Part shown: piece after piece, positions 15,164 to 30,489 of the stretch
Layout of the letters: each line of letters starts with the position of its first letter
How positions within the stretch are numbered: the stretch's first letter is position 1
Origin: the human T2T-CHM13v2.0 reference genome, Homo sapiens
DNA length: 64,000 nucleotides
Reading direction: 5' to 3' (one strand)
Assembly: GCF_009914755.1 (NCBI RefSeq)
Contig: NC_060927.1
Notes under the pieces: generated by a model
What the model saw: the letters and a program-made list of their open reading frames with translations, nothing else
The model's database searches: none
What the model was told of the DNA's origin: nothing
Program-made: the position numbers and the translations under genes

Positions 15164-15460
15164 GAAAAGAGCTAAAAGTAAGAACAACAACAACAACAAA
15201 AAAAAGAAATAAAAGAAGAGAAGGACTGACATAAAGGCTATATCCTTTATGAGAATTACAGACATGTGGTGCCTGTTTACAGGATCAAGTACTTTTTCCC
15301 CCTGGTCTTTATAAGTCTTGGTTATGTAAATGGAGAAAATGTCATGGTTAGAACTCTATATGTTAGTCACAGTTGGGAAACTCAAGTCAAGGTTTAGAAA
15401 ATTATAACATTGGATTTTACAGCAATAAAGCCACAATGCAAGGCATAAAAAAAAAAAAAA
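15164..15460 (+). other. Putative L1 3' transduced sequence with own poly-A signal and tail
   Basis: Non-L1 sequence between the L1 tail and a second poly-A (15447-15460); AATAAA at 15424-15429; lies inside the TSD. Confidence 0.85.
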
Positions 15461-16135
15461 GAAAATAGACTAGTGACAGAAAGGAGATCATTTGTTACCT
15501 GGGGACAGTGTGGGGAGGGAAGGGAGGAAAAAAGAAGAATTACAAAAGGCACAAGGAAACCTTTAGAGGTAATAATAATGTTTATTAACTTGGTTATGGT
15601 AATGTTTCTCTTTCTCTCTCACACACACCCACACAAAAACACACACACACACATTAAATTACAAGTCAACTTTATTGTATGTCAATTATACTTCAGTAAA
15701 ATTACAAAACAAAAAATAAAACTACGGGAAGTTGTATTCATTCATCAAATGATCAAAACCTAAGAGTCCAGCAGTGGAGAATATAAGGGTATGAAGATTC
15801 TCATGTTGTATTCATGCAAGGTTAAATCTCAAAAAATCTGTCAATTAAAATACACAATCCCTTTAAAACAGCAATTTCACTTTCAGAATTGAATCTTATA
15901 GAAATATTTCCACCTGGGTACAAATATAAACCTTGTCTATAATCATACAATAGATCACTCTTAAATGTCTATCAATAACAGAATAAATAAATTATGAATA
16001 ATTACATGATGGAAAACAATTCTTTTCTAAAATAGGTTTTCTTTTACCTCACTATATAAATACCTATTTTATTTTTATAGTCATTGCATAACTAAATTAG
16101 TTTTGTCCCCAAGTGGATTTTGTTTAATAGGTGAG

Positions 16136-16137
<2 letters not shown>

Positions 16138-16175
<38 letters not shown>
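16138..16175. repeat. (TG)n microsatellite
   Basis: Uninterrupted TG run. Confidence 0.97.
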
Positions 16176-16177
<2 letters not shown>

Positions 16178-17349
16178 GATCAAATTTTATTTATCTGACA
16201 GATGTAAGTTACTTGGAAGAGCTCATTTTGAATTATTGGACACAATGATATGCTTTTCAAAAAAGAAACATGTGCATGTATATTTGCTTGACAGATTGAA
16301 AGGCTGCACAACTAGCACTTTTTTCATATATATATGAATGTGCTCCTGGCCTAATCATTCAAATAAACCCAAAGAAGTTATTTCAGCATCTTGAATAAAT
16401 ATCACCCATTTTATAACTTTTCATTAAAGCAAAATATAAATATCACCTACACATTGTATACATCATCTATAAACCTGTCATTGGAGTACAGATATATGCA
16501 AATTATTTACAGTCATGTATTCATACCTACTATCAAAAAGCCAAACAATAGCTAGAACATAAGAGTGGAATTTTCTTTTTAAATTCTGAGGCTTGTATCA
16601 CTTTTCTTTTTGCATATTGTTTCTCCTGTGCTATGTCTCAAACTGGCAACCGTGTAAATTTTGCTTTTCTTCATTTGCATCACCAGATTTTGCAATTTGA
16701 TAAGCCTTAATATATTTAATTATATGATTGCTCTTCCTCAGGAAGGGTCAAGAGAAAATAGAACACTTCCTGATTCACTAATTTCCTGGAGAGGTGGTGG
16801 TGAAATATCCACAATCCTAATTGCAGTGGAATTGCACTTGAGATGAAAGTGAACCTGTCTTCCTTAGCCTCTGTTGGAGTTTAGCTTCACACTGCTTTTT
16901 CTTGATGCCCTGTTTCTCCAAAATGTGGTAAACAGCCCTAGAGAATCTTGTAAGACCTGATAGGAGGCCAGCACCAAGGAGAAAGAGAGACAAACCAAAT
17001 TCAAGACAGATGTGAGAAGCAATGATCGAAACGGATGCCACAGCCTGGGGCTTGCAGCACGGATGAAAGCCAAAAGATTCCAGTGACAAACCAGAGGGCA
17101 AAGCTGTTGTAATTCAGCTTTGTAGACTCAGAGGTGAAACACCATAGTTCTCTTAGCCACACAGAGCAAGACAAGGCAAAGTGAAATGGGCCTCAGAAAA
17201 GCAGCTCCAAAGGTAATTGTAGATGACTAGCTAGAAGTTAGGCGAGACTTAAGGGCAGAGTTCCTAATTATATTGAAGACAAAGGCAGAGAAATGAGTGT
17301 TAATAGGTGCACGCTGGGACCTTTCCCCAACTAGACAAAGATTCTGGAA

Positions 17350-18684
<1,335 letters not shown>

Positions 18685-20264
18685 TGTACAGATGGGATTT
18701 TAAACCCTGGGGCCAAATGAGAGCACCTAGATGGAGAAGGGAAGAAAATTTTTAAAATAATAATAATGAGACTGGCATAGGACTAGTTCACGGTCTCCCC
18801 AACCTTTAGAGAATGGGAAGAAACAGCTAGTGAGATAGGAAGAAAACGCAGCAATTCTGGTGTCGAGGAAGCTAAGAAGGGACGATCGCAATGGCAGCCA
18901 ATCAGGAATCCAGAAGGGCCATCTGAACAGAATTGTAATCCTGTGTTTTGAAGAGAGCTGAAGGGAGTCTGTGATTGAGGTGACAAATATATGGAGCCCA
19001 GGTTTGCTCTAAGAGAAGCAGTCCGTGGGTCTCTTTGGCAGCCGAAGAGAGTTAGTGAAAATGGAAACCCAGGAATTGTAATGTGACGTCCAGTAGTTTA
19101 ATTGTGACAGCAGAACTTTAATAAAATTATGCATGGGCAATTTAGGGAGGACTGATTACATACATCCTACCTTGTGGACATCAGCTTTGGAATTGGGCTA
19201 TGTTTGAGCCTACGTTAGTGGTACAGATTGGGGGTGGGAGGGCCAGCAATAGCTAATCTGATTGCCAAAATTCAGGGGAAGTGGCAACAGGAGAAATGAG
19301 AGAGGAGATGACACAAAGGAATTAGAATGTCTAAGCCCTGGCCAAGAGAAACCAGGAGATTGGCAGGATGTTAAGAGAGCAGAACAGGTGGGCAAGCCTA
19401 CTGGCAAACATCCAGGTGCCAGGTAGTGCTCAAGAAGAAAGGATGATTAGCCAGTTGCCTTAACCTGAAGTTCTGTAATGAGCCCAAGAAGGGAAAGAAA
19501 GCCTGCAATTAGAGTTGGGAAGGAAGAGACCACAATGGCAAACATACAGCATGTAGCACAGTGCCAGGCACATTGTGGGGCTTCAGTTTATGAGTCACGT
19601 ATATTAATTATCGTTACTGTTTTAGTCAGAACAAAGTCCCCCTACATACAAGATAATCACAGATTTCTACCCTAACTCATTTCCATATTTAAAGCCTATA
19701 AGAGAATAGCCTGCCTACAATTTTGACCCCAAAATTACTTTCTTTACAGAAAAAAAACTTTGAAATTCTATTTCAGAGTTCCTACTGGGTCATTGTGTGC
19801 TAAGAATACATAAATATGTTCATGCTCTCTTCAAAGGTTAAGATTCTCTTCTTCCGGGCATACCTTCAACTTTACGTCCAGCACCTAACGATGTTGCTAG
19901 GGGAGAAGATTAAATCAAAAGGCACTGGTGAGCTTTGAGGATTACTTACAGATTTCATTCATGAAGGCTCTATTTCCTCCCATTAATATTGGTAACTGAG
20001 AGACCCCTGCTCAATATGTTGTGTGCGTGTTATATGAGCCTGCTAATGTTCTAATGGGCCAAGGAAAGAAATCCAGAGCTTGGTTGTAGTGGAATTTAAT
20101 ACAGTCTTTAGTTCCACTAGTGTGCACCCCAGCTGCACACGTGTATTTGGAAACACTACTAACTAGGGTGAACCACTGAGCTTTTCTTTACCCAGTCTTA
20201 AAAGGCCTCCCTTCTCCTCACATTGACCTACAGTATCCTTTTAATAGTCTTCCTCTACAAATAG

Positions 20265-20574
<310 letters not shown>

Positions 20575-21834
20575 AACAACGTTTTAATTTTCAAAGGCAG
20601 ATTTCTAAGTTCCTCCAAGGACTAGAAAACATTGAGAATCTTTTGGGAAACAAACTTCTTTGTAGCCGAACTCTCAGCCTGAAATACTACCCAGATTTCT
20701 ATTTCATCATGTGCCCAAGGTTTGAACTAGATACAGAACCGGCTTCTCTCTTCTGTGACTATCAAAACTCCAAGGTGTCATTCAGTGCAATGCATTAACC
20801 TATTGGCCAAGCATAGCTAAGTAAAGCAATGGCAAAATCGAGGTGAGCTACGTGTTAGGAGGCATCTGAACGACTGCATTTGTCCAGCAAAATCTATGCG
20901 GATGCCTTATACCTCAGAGAGGAGAAGTACAAAGGACATGGAAACAGCCGGCGGGGAGGCTGCCATGGATAGCTGTGCTTCCTCAAGCTAGAAAATTCAC
21001 ATTATCGTTAAAAGGTAGCAAGTGCAGAAAGTTTTGAAGTCAGCATTTAGCCTTTTTTCTAAATCCTGCTGATAGTGAGCAGAGTGGTAGGAAATCCTAA
21101 AACAGCCACTGTTTTCTTTATGTTGGCATTAACAGGCAACATGAAGGGTTTAAGAAAAACTTTGTTGGAAAACGTCCACTTTGAACAGCAAGGGATTTGG
21201 TGTCTATTCCAATCTCTTTCTCGCCCCCTCCCTTTCTGAGAGGGGAATTCACTCTAAAGTTGAAAAGCAAACAGCCACAAAAGCATTTCCAGGTACAAAG
21301 CCACTGGGTATGTTCTAGCCTTTTGGTAGAGTCTCCTAGGTCTCTAGCCACAGTCGGTTTTATGTTCCAGGCATCAATCCACACTCATGATTGTTACCGT
21401 ACACCTGTATGTCATTCGGAGGTTCACCCAGCTCAAGCAAATTATATTTTAAAACTGCACTGATCAAAAAAAAAATCAGGGGAAGGGATTTCCTAGCTCT
21501 CAAATAAAAATGTGCAATGGAGCGCTTACTAAGTAAACAGAAAACATGGGCAGCTGAGAAATCAATTTAGCTGAACAAACAATGTTCCATGTAATGAACT
21601 ACTAATTATCCTTTTATGCCATGTCAGTCTGAGTGATTACAGAGCTGTGCAGTTTAATTTGACGTTTGAGCATTGCCTTGCTCCATTAGCTTCATATAAA
21701 GCTACAACACATTCAAAAGCGGGGGGGTGGGGGTTCTGTATTTATCTGGAAGTAAGTAAGCACCTGTATTAATAATAAGACTAGAATCTCAGAATCTGTT
21801 TAAAAATATGCTTTTAATATGAGGATGAATAAAG

Positions 21835-22075
21835 CACGGAGAACCCGAGGGAGTGTGAAGATCAAATCAGGTGTCTTTCGGTCAGTGGAGGAAACACCCG
21901 GAAGCAGTGAAACGCACTGGGCTTATTGCAACAACCCCAGCTACTGAAAATGCCACCCTCTCCACGACGAAGCACCGCCAGTCCCAAACTCCAATCAGCC
22001 GCTGGGCTGGGAGGCCGAAAAGGCAAGAAGACACAGAGCGGGGTTGAAATGAAGAAGGAACTCTTTTTCAACGAG
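21835..22075. promoter_or_regulatory. CpG-enriched, non-repeat, promoter/enhancer-like segment
   Basis: About a dozen CpGs in ~240 bp against a CpG-poor background; ETS-like ccggaag (~21898) and ccaatcag (21991). Confidence 0.35.
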
Positions 22076-22429
22076 ACTCATTACAGTATGCAAAACCTAA
22101 AAAACTGTACCCTGTGTTGTAATGAGAATATGACTGCATGGGAAATGTGGGTTACAACTCTTGACTTTACCTGCTTTTCACATATTTTCACATAGTGAGT
22201 AAAATCGCTGTGGGAGGAAATGGCAATGTGGGAATTTTTTTTTTAATTCCATCCAATTCAACAAATAACTCATTGAGTTCCTGCCATGTGCCTGGCCTGT
22301 GCTAAGTGTATGGTGAATGAAGAGAGAAGTAAAAATACAATGCAAATGCTTCAAGGATTGGACAGTCTTTATATCTGAGCCACATTCCATTCTTTAACTT
22401 GCTGAGCAAGAAAAACTGGCCTTCTAAGG

Positions 22430-22595
22430 CAGTGGTTCTCAACTTTGGCTGTACATGGGATTACCTGGGGACGCTTAAAAAACCCAAAACCTGGATTCCG
22501 TTTCCAGACATTCTAATCTGATTGCTCTGGGAGAGTCATCATTTTTAGAACTACTTAGGTGAGTCTAATGAGAAGCCATTATTGCAATCCACTGG
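22430..22595. mobile_element. MER5-like hAT DNA transposon
   Basis: cagtggttctcaactt...gattacctgggga...aggtgagtctaatg...aatccactg termini. Confidence 0.75.
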
Positions 22596-22684
22596 TGTGT
22601 TGACTAAAGTTTTATCTTCAACTTATGGCATTTACTCAACCCACAAATATTTACTGAGTACGTATGAGGCACTTGCACTGCACT

Positions 22685-22937
22685 GAGACTTGTGAAACTC
22701 TGTGCAGTGTTTTCATCTGAGCAATAGATTATACCTCCAAAGGGTTGGCTCTGGTCACTAGACCACTGAAATTAGGATATTCGGTGAGCAAGGGTTTCAT
22801 AACTCACTTTTTTAATCCCCAAATCAGATGAAGATTAAGAAAACAAATTCACTGCTTAGCACTCAGTTTTCAAGCCAATTTGTTTAAAAAGTAAGTAAAT
22901 AGAATAATACTGTCAGTTTAATCTATGATAAAGAGGC
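22685..22937 (+). repeat. Local direct duplication A, copy 1
   Basis: Aligns by eye with 23653-23894 (atctgagcaatagattata; gattaagaaaacaaattcactgc; aagtaagtaa.tagaataatac). Confidence 0.9.
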
Positions 22938-23134
22938 ATAGGAAAGATATAAAGCCGTAATACAAGGATTCCCCAACCAAGAGAGGAAAGAATCACCCAT
23001 CTTTTCAGAAAATGTTACAGCTAGAATTGCACAGCACTTCAGAAAGAAAGATCTCAGTGTCCACAGGTATTCCTATCCCTACTTAACAGATAGACAAATG
23101 GGTATGGCAGGATCCAGTGGCTCCCTTGAAGTCA

Positions 23135-23515
<381 letters not shown>

Positions 23516-23652
23516 TCATAGAATCTCAGAGCCGGAGGAGATCTGTCATGACCTAATTCCTTAATTCAAACCCTTTCTGGTGAGTTCCCTGAGTTCCAAA
23601 GAATATGAGTGACTCGGTCAGCCAGCCAGTGGCCAAATAGCATTTAAAGCCT

Positions 23653-23894
23653 TAAGACTGAAACTCTGTCTCCCAACCCTCAGGGGAGTGTTTTTATCTG
23701 AGCAATAGATTATATTAATACCTCTGATGGGCCAGCTCAATTAGGATATTCAGTGATCAAGGGCAACGCGCTCGTTTGAATCCCAAATCAGATGATGATT
23801 AAGAAAACAAATTCACTGCCTAGCACTCAATTCTCAAGTTGAGAAAAGTAAGTAACTAGAATAATACCATCAGTTAAATCTATAATAAAGAGGC
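23653..23894 (+). repeat. Local direct duplication A, copy 2
   Basis: See copy 1 at 22685-22937. Confidence 0.9.
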
Positions 23895-24009
23895 TTTTTC
23901 GGGATTCCAAATCCCAAATCTTTGACCAGTTTGCGTACTTGGAGCCCACTCTTCTCAATGGCTGTATCTAGGACACGTAGGCAAGTATGTTCCTTATTAC
24001 TAGTTAAGT

Positions 24010-24186
24010 CTGAAGTTCTCCATCCAGGCTGCCCGTTAGAATCACCTGGTGTGCTGTTTTAAAATATCCATGCTGGACCACATCCCCAGAAATTTTGATT
24101 TAATTGGTCTTGGTGGGTTCTAGGCATCAGTATTTTTTGAAAAGCCCCCCAAGTGATTCTGACATGTAGTAGGGTGAGACCACTAA
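24010..24186. mobile_element. MER5-like hAT DNA transposon
   Basis: ttagaatcacctgg...ccccagaaattttgatttaattggtc...aagtgattctgacatg...tgagaccact. Confidence 0.75.
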
Positions 24187-24197
24187 CCCAAGGAGTT

Positions 24198-24276
24198 GCC
24201 CTCAAATATATTGGGCCACCTATGATTTCAGGTGCTCCTCTTCCCCCTGAGCAGACAGTCAGTATGGGAGAAGCTC
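24198..24276 (+). repeat. Local direct duplication B, copy 1
   Basis: ctcaaatatattgggccacctatgat...gagcaga...cagtatgggag also at 25124-25203. Confidence 0.9.
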
Positions 24277-24399
24277 CAGTCTCCTTCTCCAGGCCTTCTC
24301 TCCTCCAGGATCTACCAGGATTTGGCCTTTTAAGACAGAAAATAGCTTCTCCCAAGCAAGGGATGATCAGGCCTCATGTTAAAAGAGAGACTTTTTTTG

Positions 24400-24780
24400 A
24401 AATTCTAAAAATATCTGACCAATACTCCTTAAAACTGTCAAGGTCATGAAAAACAGGGAAAGACTGAGAAACCGCCACAGACAAGACAGGACTAAGGAAA
24501 AATGACAAATAAATAAAATACAGCAACCTGATTGGATCCTGGTGCAGAAAAATAAAAGACATTATTAGAAAAATGGGTGAAATTCAAAGGAAGTCTAGAG
24601 TTAATAGTAATGTATCAAAAAATTGGTCTCTTACTTTTGATAAATTACCAAGATAATGTAAGATGATAACATAGGGAAAGCTGAAACTGGTTGAGGGGTA
24701 AAAGAAAATGTTCTATACTTTCTGTAATTTTTCTGTAAGTATAAAACTATTTCAAAATTTCAAAAAAAGCTTATTTAAAA
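24400..24780 (+). mobile_element. Old LINE-1 3' UTR (L1MC-like)
   Basis: tactccttaaaactgtcaaggtcatgaaaaacagggaaagactgagaaac...gattggatcctgg. Confidence 0.75.
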
Positions 24781-24792
24781 AAAAGAGGGGGT

Positions 24793-25103
24793 GGCTGGTC
24801 ACCGGGGATCACGCCTGTAATCCCAGCATTTTGGGAGGCCGAGGCAGGTAGATCACTTGAGGTCAGAAGTTCGAGACCAGCCTGATCAATATGATGAAAT
24901 CCCGTCTCTACTGAAAATACAAAAATTAGCCTGGTGTGGTGGCGTGCACCTGTAATCCCAGCTACTCAGGAAGTCAAGACAGGAGAATCACTTGAACCTG
25001 GGAGGCAGAGTTTGCAGTGAGCCAAGATCGCACCACTGAACTGCAGCCTGGGCGACAGAGCAAGACTCCGTCTAAGAAAACAAACAACAACAACAACAAA
25101 AAA
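24793..25103 (+). mobile_element. Alu
   Basis: Full dimer with (caa)n tail; TSD aaaaaagaggg. Confidence 0.95.
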
Positions 25104-25123
25104 GAGGGAGCAACTTTTTTAGG

Positions 25124-25203
25124 TGCACTCAAATATATTGGGCCACCTATGATCTTCAGGGACTCCTCTTTCTCCGAGCAGAAGGCCAGTATGGGAGGAG
25201 CTC
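25124..25203 (+). repeat. Local direct duplication B, copy 2
   Basis: See copy 1 at 24198-24276. Confidence 0.9.
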
Positions 25204-26911
25204 TCTCAAACAGGAGAATATGAGAGATTGCTTACCTCACCTGGTTTTAGTCATGATACCATTTGCTCTCCCTCTCAAAGCTTTACCCCTTGGTAGCATA
25301 GCTAGTTGCCTGTGTCTGAGGACTCCATTTAGTCCTTAAACTATTCCGTAGCTCCAGGAGGAGACCTGAGTTCTCCCCAGAGGTTAGAAACTATCACAGA
25401 CAATTCTATCAGTGTTGTGTATTAGTCATGTGGAAAAAGCAGAGGATTGTAGCATTATACCGAATTTCAACTCAGAAGATAGCCAGGCTGCCATACTCTG
25501 AGACATGAAGCTACATGGTGTAGTCATTGTAACAGTAGCTCCATTGTGTTGGCAGCACCATTTCTACTGTCATGTTCTTACCATGCTCGCATGCATATTT
25601 TATGATCTTACTGAATGCAATGTGTTCTGTACATATTACATACGTAGTCTCCAAGCACATTAAAAACAGCTGCTGCCTAGCTTCCTGTCTGTTTTCCCAG
25701 CCTATGAGCCTAGTTCCCAGGCTGACTTCCAAGACTCTTCTCCTTAAGAAAAAAAATGAATGAACTATTAGCAAGTAATATTTGGCCACTAGATATTCAG
25801 AATGGTCTTCATGGGAGCTTACTGAAGCTGAAAGGAGTATAACTTCCTAATAGAAGAAAGAAGAGCTAGCTCCCTTCATTTCTATTCAAAGAGAAACCAG
25901 CTCGTGGTCAGTGTAGTAGTTTTGTTACTAAAAATACAAATCCACTTGGTTCTGATCTGACACCCACTAGAATTATACTACCTGTATCCCACTGGCAAAG
26001 AATGTCCTAGGAGCTTGCTAGACAGTGTCTCTTGGAGGTGAAACAAAAATAAGAGGCTGGGAGAAAAAGATGCCAAAGTGTGGCCTTAAAATGAGGCTCT
26101 TTTATCTAGTCGAGACTGTTCTTCTCTCCCTTGAGCAGAACAGGGTGTTTTAACTTTGAGCGGGGCTGGGATACTGTTTTAAATTAAACCTCTCTATTGG
26201 GCCTGCTTCTGACTTTCCATCGGCCAGGACAGGATTTCCGTTACAGTATGTTCCAATGCGGAACCTAGAGGCTAGGTGGTCTGTAATTGGACCACGCGCA
26301 AATTGTCTCTCCATTCAGCCTCCTGCATCCTTGTGTTGTGCCTATCTACATTCTCCACTAGATTATAAATCCCCATGAAGGAAAGAATCATATATTATTC
26401 ATTTTTGTGTCCTTTGCTATGCCTACCACATGCCTGTCAAATAGCAAGTGTTCAACACGTTTGTGAAACATGTCTTGTATTTCCTTAAGTGGCAAGGCTT
26501 CCTATGGAGCTTGTTTACAGCTGCAGTCAGGATCCCTGTAGTCATGGCCAGCAGGGGAGGTCAGGGCAATGCTCAGTCAAAACTCAAATGGATGACCCTG
26601 TGTTTCACTGCCCACCCTGGAGAGAGTATGGGTTGATTCACTGGAGACTAAAGGGAATGCTTGAAGCATCTCAGAGGCGTGCACCATGGTCCCAAATGTT
26701 TTCTCATCTTTAAGCCAGAGGGAAATCATAGTTATTTTACTCCATGGTGCAGAATTCACTACCCAAAATGTAATGTTACAAGTATGTGTCATACAGGAGA
26801 CACAGAATACAAGGGCACTGGGGACTAAGGCAAAGAAGAGACAGAAACTCTTTTAGCACAATGGCATACAGATGACTTGGAAGTAAGAGGTTGGGGTGAC
26901 ATCGTCCATAA

Positions 26912-27302
<391 letters not shown>

Positions 27303-27949
27303 AAAATCACATTCTTTTACTGTTAAGTTGGAGACATCATCCAACCTGAGTCTACGAGGGATACAGATTAAAGAAAGGAATTTCTATTCTATTCCACCCA
27401 TCTCCAACCACTCCAACTGGCATAAAGTTTTAGTTTTATACTCTAGGACCTTCCCAGGAAGGTCCCCCCTCCTTTCCTACAGAGCCACCCACTCAATCTT
27501 TTTTCTTCCACACCTCTTTGGCTTTAGAAATACTTTATTTCCTCCCACTAGGGCTCTACCATGGGCTAAGCATCCAGGTGGCTTGTCAATCACCAGCAAT
27601 ATGCATTTATGTTGCTGGACTCTGAAGGTGGCCAACTAAAGAACGTAGAGAACCCTTAGTAATTACCTGGCCTCAGGATAGGGTATTTATAAATTAATCA
27701 TACCCATCATACTGCCAGGTTAACCTCTTGCTAGCATATCTCCTTTACATCATGAAGCTAAAAAAGCATCAAATTCTTTCCTTACTTTAAATCCTGCTGC
27801 TTTCTTGTGTTCAAGCACTCCCCTTGTATTTCCTGTGTACGTATCTATCTTGCTTATTCAACTGACTGTACAGTTGTTTGAGGGAAGACCCATGTCCCTA
27901 ATGTTTATTCTAGATTTGGTATGTGCTGGGCCTCATAAAAGAGTAAAAT

Positions 27950-28221
27950 ACTTTGGGAGGCCAAGAAGGGTAGATCGCCTGATGTCAGGAGTTTGAGACC
28001 AGCCTGACCAACATGGTGGAATTCCATTTTTACTAAAAATACAAAAATTAGCCAGGCATGGTGGCAGCCGCCTGTAATCTCAGCTACTCAGCAGGCTGAG
28101 GCAGGAGAATTGCTCCACCCAGGAGGTGGAGGTTGCAGCGAGACGAGATCATGCCACTGCACTCCAGCCTGGGCAACAAGAGCGAGACGCCATCTCAAAA
28201 AATAAATAAATAAATAAATAA
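27950..28221 (+). mobile_element. 5'-truncated Alu
   Basis: Starts actttgggaggcc; (taaa)n tail; TSD aagagtaaa. Confidence 0.95.
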
Positions 28222-28504
28222 GAGTAAAGTAGTGAGGAAGAAAAGGAAAAATACCTGAGCCATTCTGTGCTTTTATTCCAAGTCCTTAATTTTGTATATT
28301 TTTAAATAAATCCTATATAAGATGCTTGTAAAATAATCTTGGCCATTTTGGCTGCCAAACCCAACAAAGTCTGAGTCATCTTACTCATTATTTTCATGTG
28401 TAAAGTTAAAATTCTCCACACACAGGTGCAGGCTTGCATGTATATTCTTCAGCCAATCTAGACAACTAGTTTCTCTTCTAACTTGGCCTATCCTTTTTGG
28501 CCTA

Positions 28505-28975
28505 ATATTAATCAGATTTCTGCTGAGATTATTCTGCATAACAAGCAACCCCCAAAATCTCAGGAATTCATAAAAACTAACATTTATTTTCACTCACAGG
28601 TTTGTACATCTGCTGTCATTTGGATGATTTCAGCTGTGCTGATCCGCGCAAGGCTGGACTTAAGCCAGAGCACTTTCAGGTTTGCTGCTACGTGCCTTCA
28701 TTCCAGACCTCAGGCTGAAGGCACAACATTTGCCTGAGACGAGCTGTTCTCGAGACAGAGGGAAGAAGCTTCAAGAGGGCTGGCAGAAACTTATCATGAG
28801 TCTTTTGAAGTCTGTACTCACAAATACCATGCTGCTACTTCCACCCACATTTCAATGGTCCAAGACAGTTACAGGGCCAAGCCCAAAGTCACTGGAGGTA
28901 AGGGAGCATGCTCCTCCCTGTACAGTTTGGAAAATAAGATGAATATCTGCTGTTTAGTGATGTAGTCTATCACAA
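28505..28975 (-). mobile_element. Old MLT1 (MaLR) LTR
   Basis: ctgcataacaagcaacccccaaaatctcag...aacatttatttt...ggccaagcccaaagtca. Confidence 0.65.
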
Positions 28976-29362
28976 GCCTATCCAATTTTATGTTTACTAT
29001 TTCATTTGGCTGAAATGCCCCTACTATCCGCAAACATGCCCATTTAAATCTGGCCCATCCTTCAAGTCTCAGTTCGAATGTCACCTCTTCCATCAAACTC
29101 TCTCTGGTGTCACTGGGCAAATATAAGCATTCTTTTTTCAAAACTCCAAAATCTGTATAGCTCTGGAAGAACTGCACTGCAGCCCTCTTTATGTGTAATA
29201 TCCCCTATACACCTTTAATATCCTAAACACCTTTAATCCTATAATATTCTAAACACCTTTAAAAAAAGATGGGGGATGTAAGCGATTCATCTTTTTAAAA
29301 CCAACATCATCTAATGCCTCTAGCATGGTAGACAGCATATGTGACATAAAGAAATTAATATG

Positions 29363-29701
<339 letters not shown>

Positions 29702-29754
29702 TTAACATATGACTGGAGGGTGGGGGTGTCTACATAAAAGAGAAAATGTAACAA

Positions 29755-29950
29755 TGATTAAAGATTCCAGCTCTGGCATCAGACAGATCTCAGTTCAAAT
29801 CCTGTCTTCCTCTCTCCTTGGCTGTGTGCCTTCTGGAAAGGTAGTTAACCTATTTGTACCTCAGTTTTCTCAGCCATAAAATGGAGATTATAACAATCCA
29901 TGTAAAAGTTGAATACAGGATAAGCACCTAATAAGTGGGGCTATTTTATT
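29755..29950 (+). mobile_element. MIR
   Basis: gttcaaatcctg...gttaacctatttgtacctcagttttctcagccataaaatggagat. Confidence 0.7.
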
Positions 29951-30269
29951 ATTACCATATACATTATGTTAAAATGTTATTTCTCTTATTATATTCAACA
30001 TGATGAAAATATATTTTCAGTAAGTACATACTGACAGAGACTAAAAGGGAACATGTGTTAGGGCAGTAGGATTGTAAGTAAAACATCCTCTTTTGTATTT
30101 CCTTCATGAATAATATGGTTTTGTTTATGTAATTTAAAAAATTAAACATCTATTTTCCTTGGTATTCAGCCAACTCCGGGGTGGGGACACCCATATGGAC
30201 CTACCCTGCTCCATAGAAATGACTTTTTGAATAGATGTTCTGTGTCAGGCCCATTATAAATCCTTTTTC

Positions 30270-30435
30270 TTATTCTCACAATAATCATGCGAGGTAAATA
30301 ATATGCCCATTTTATAGATGAGAAAGGTGAGATTCTGAGAGGCTAAATTATTTGTTCAGGGCTCTGCAGTTAGCAAGTGGGAAATATGGGAAATAGATAT
30401 CAGGCCCGACTCTGAAGCTCAGACTTCCTTCTCCA
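30270..30435 (-). mobile_element. MIR
   Basis: cccattttatagatgagaaaggtgagattctgagaggctaaattatttgttcagg. Confidence 0.7.
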
Positions 30436-30489
30436 CCCCACACTCCTGTCCAGACTATTTCACAAGTGATTTATAGTGTGAAAAACAAA

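Noticed and set aside
26525-26545. CTCF-like motif tggccagcaggggagg (also ccagtagaggcg near 39135)
   Set aside because: Mismatches in the GGC core; expected by chance
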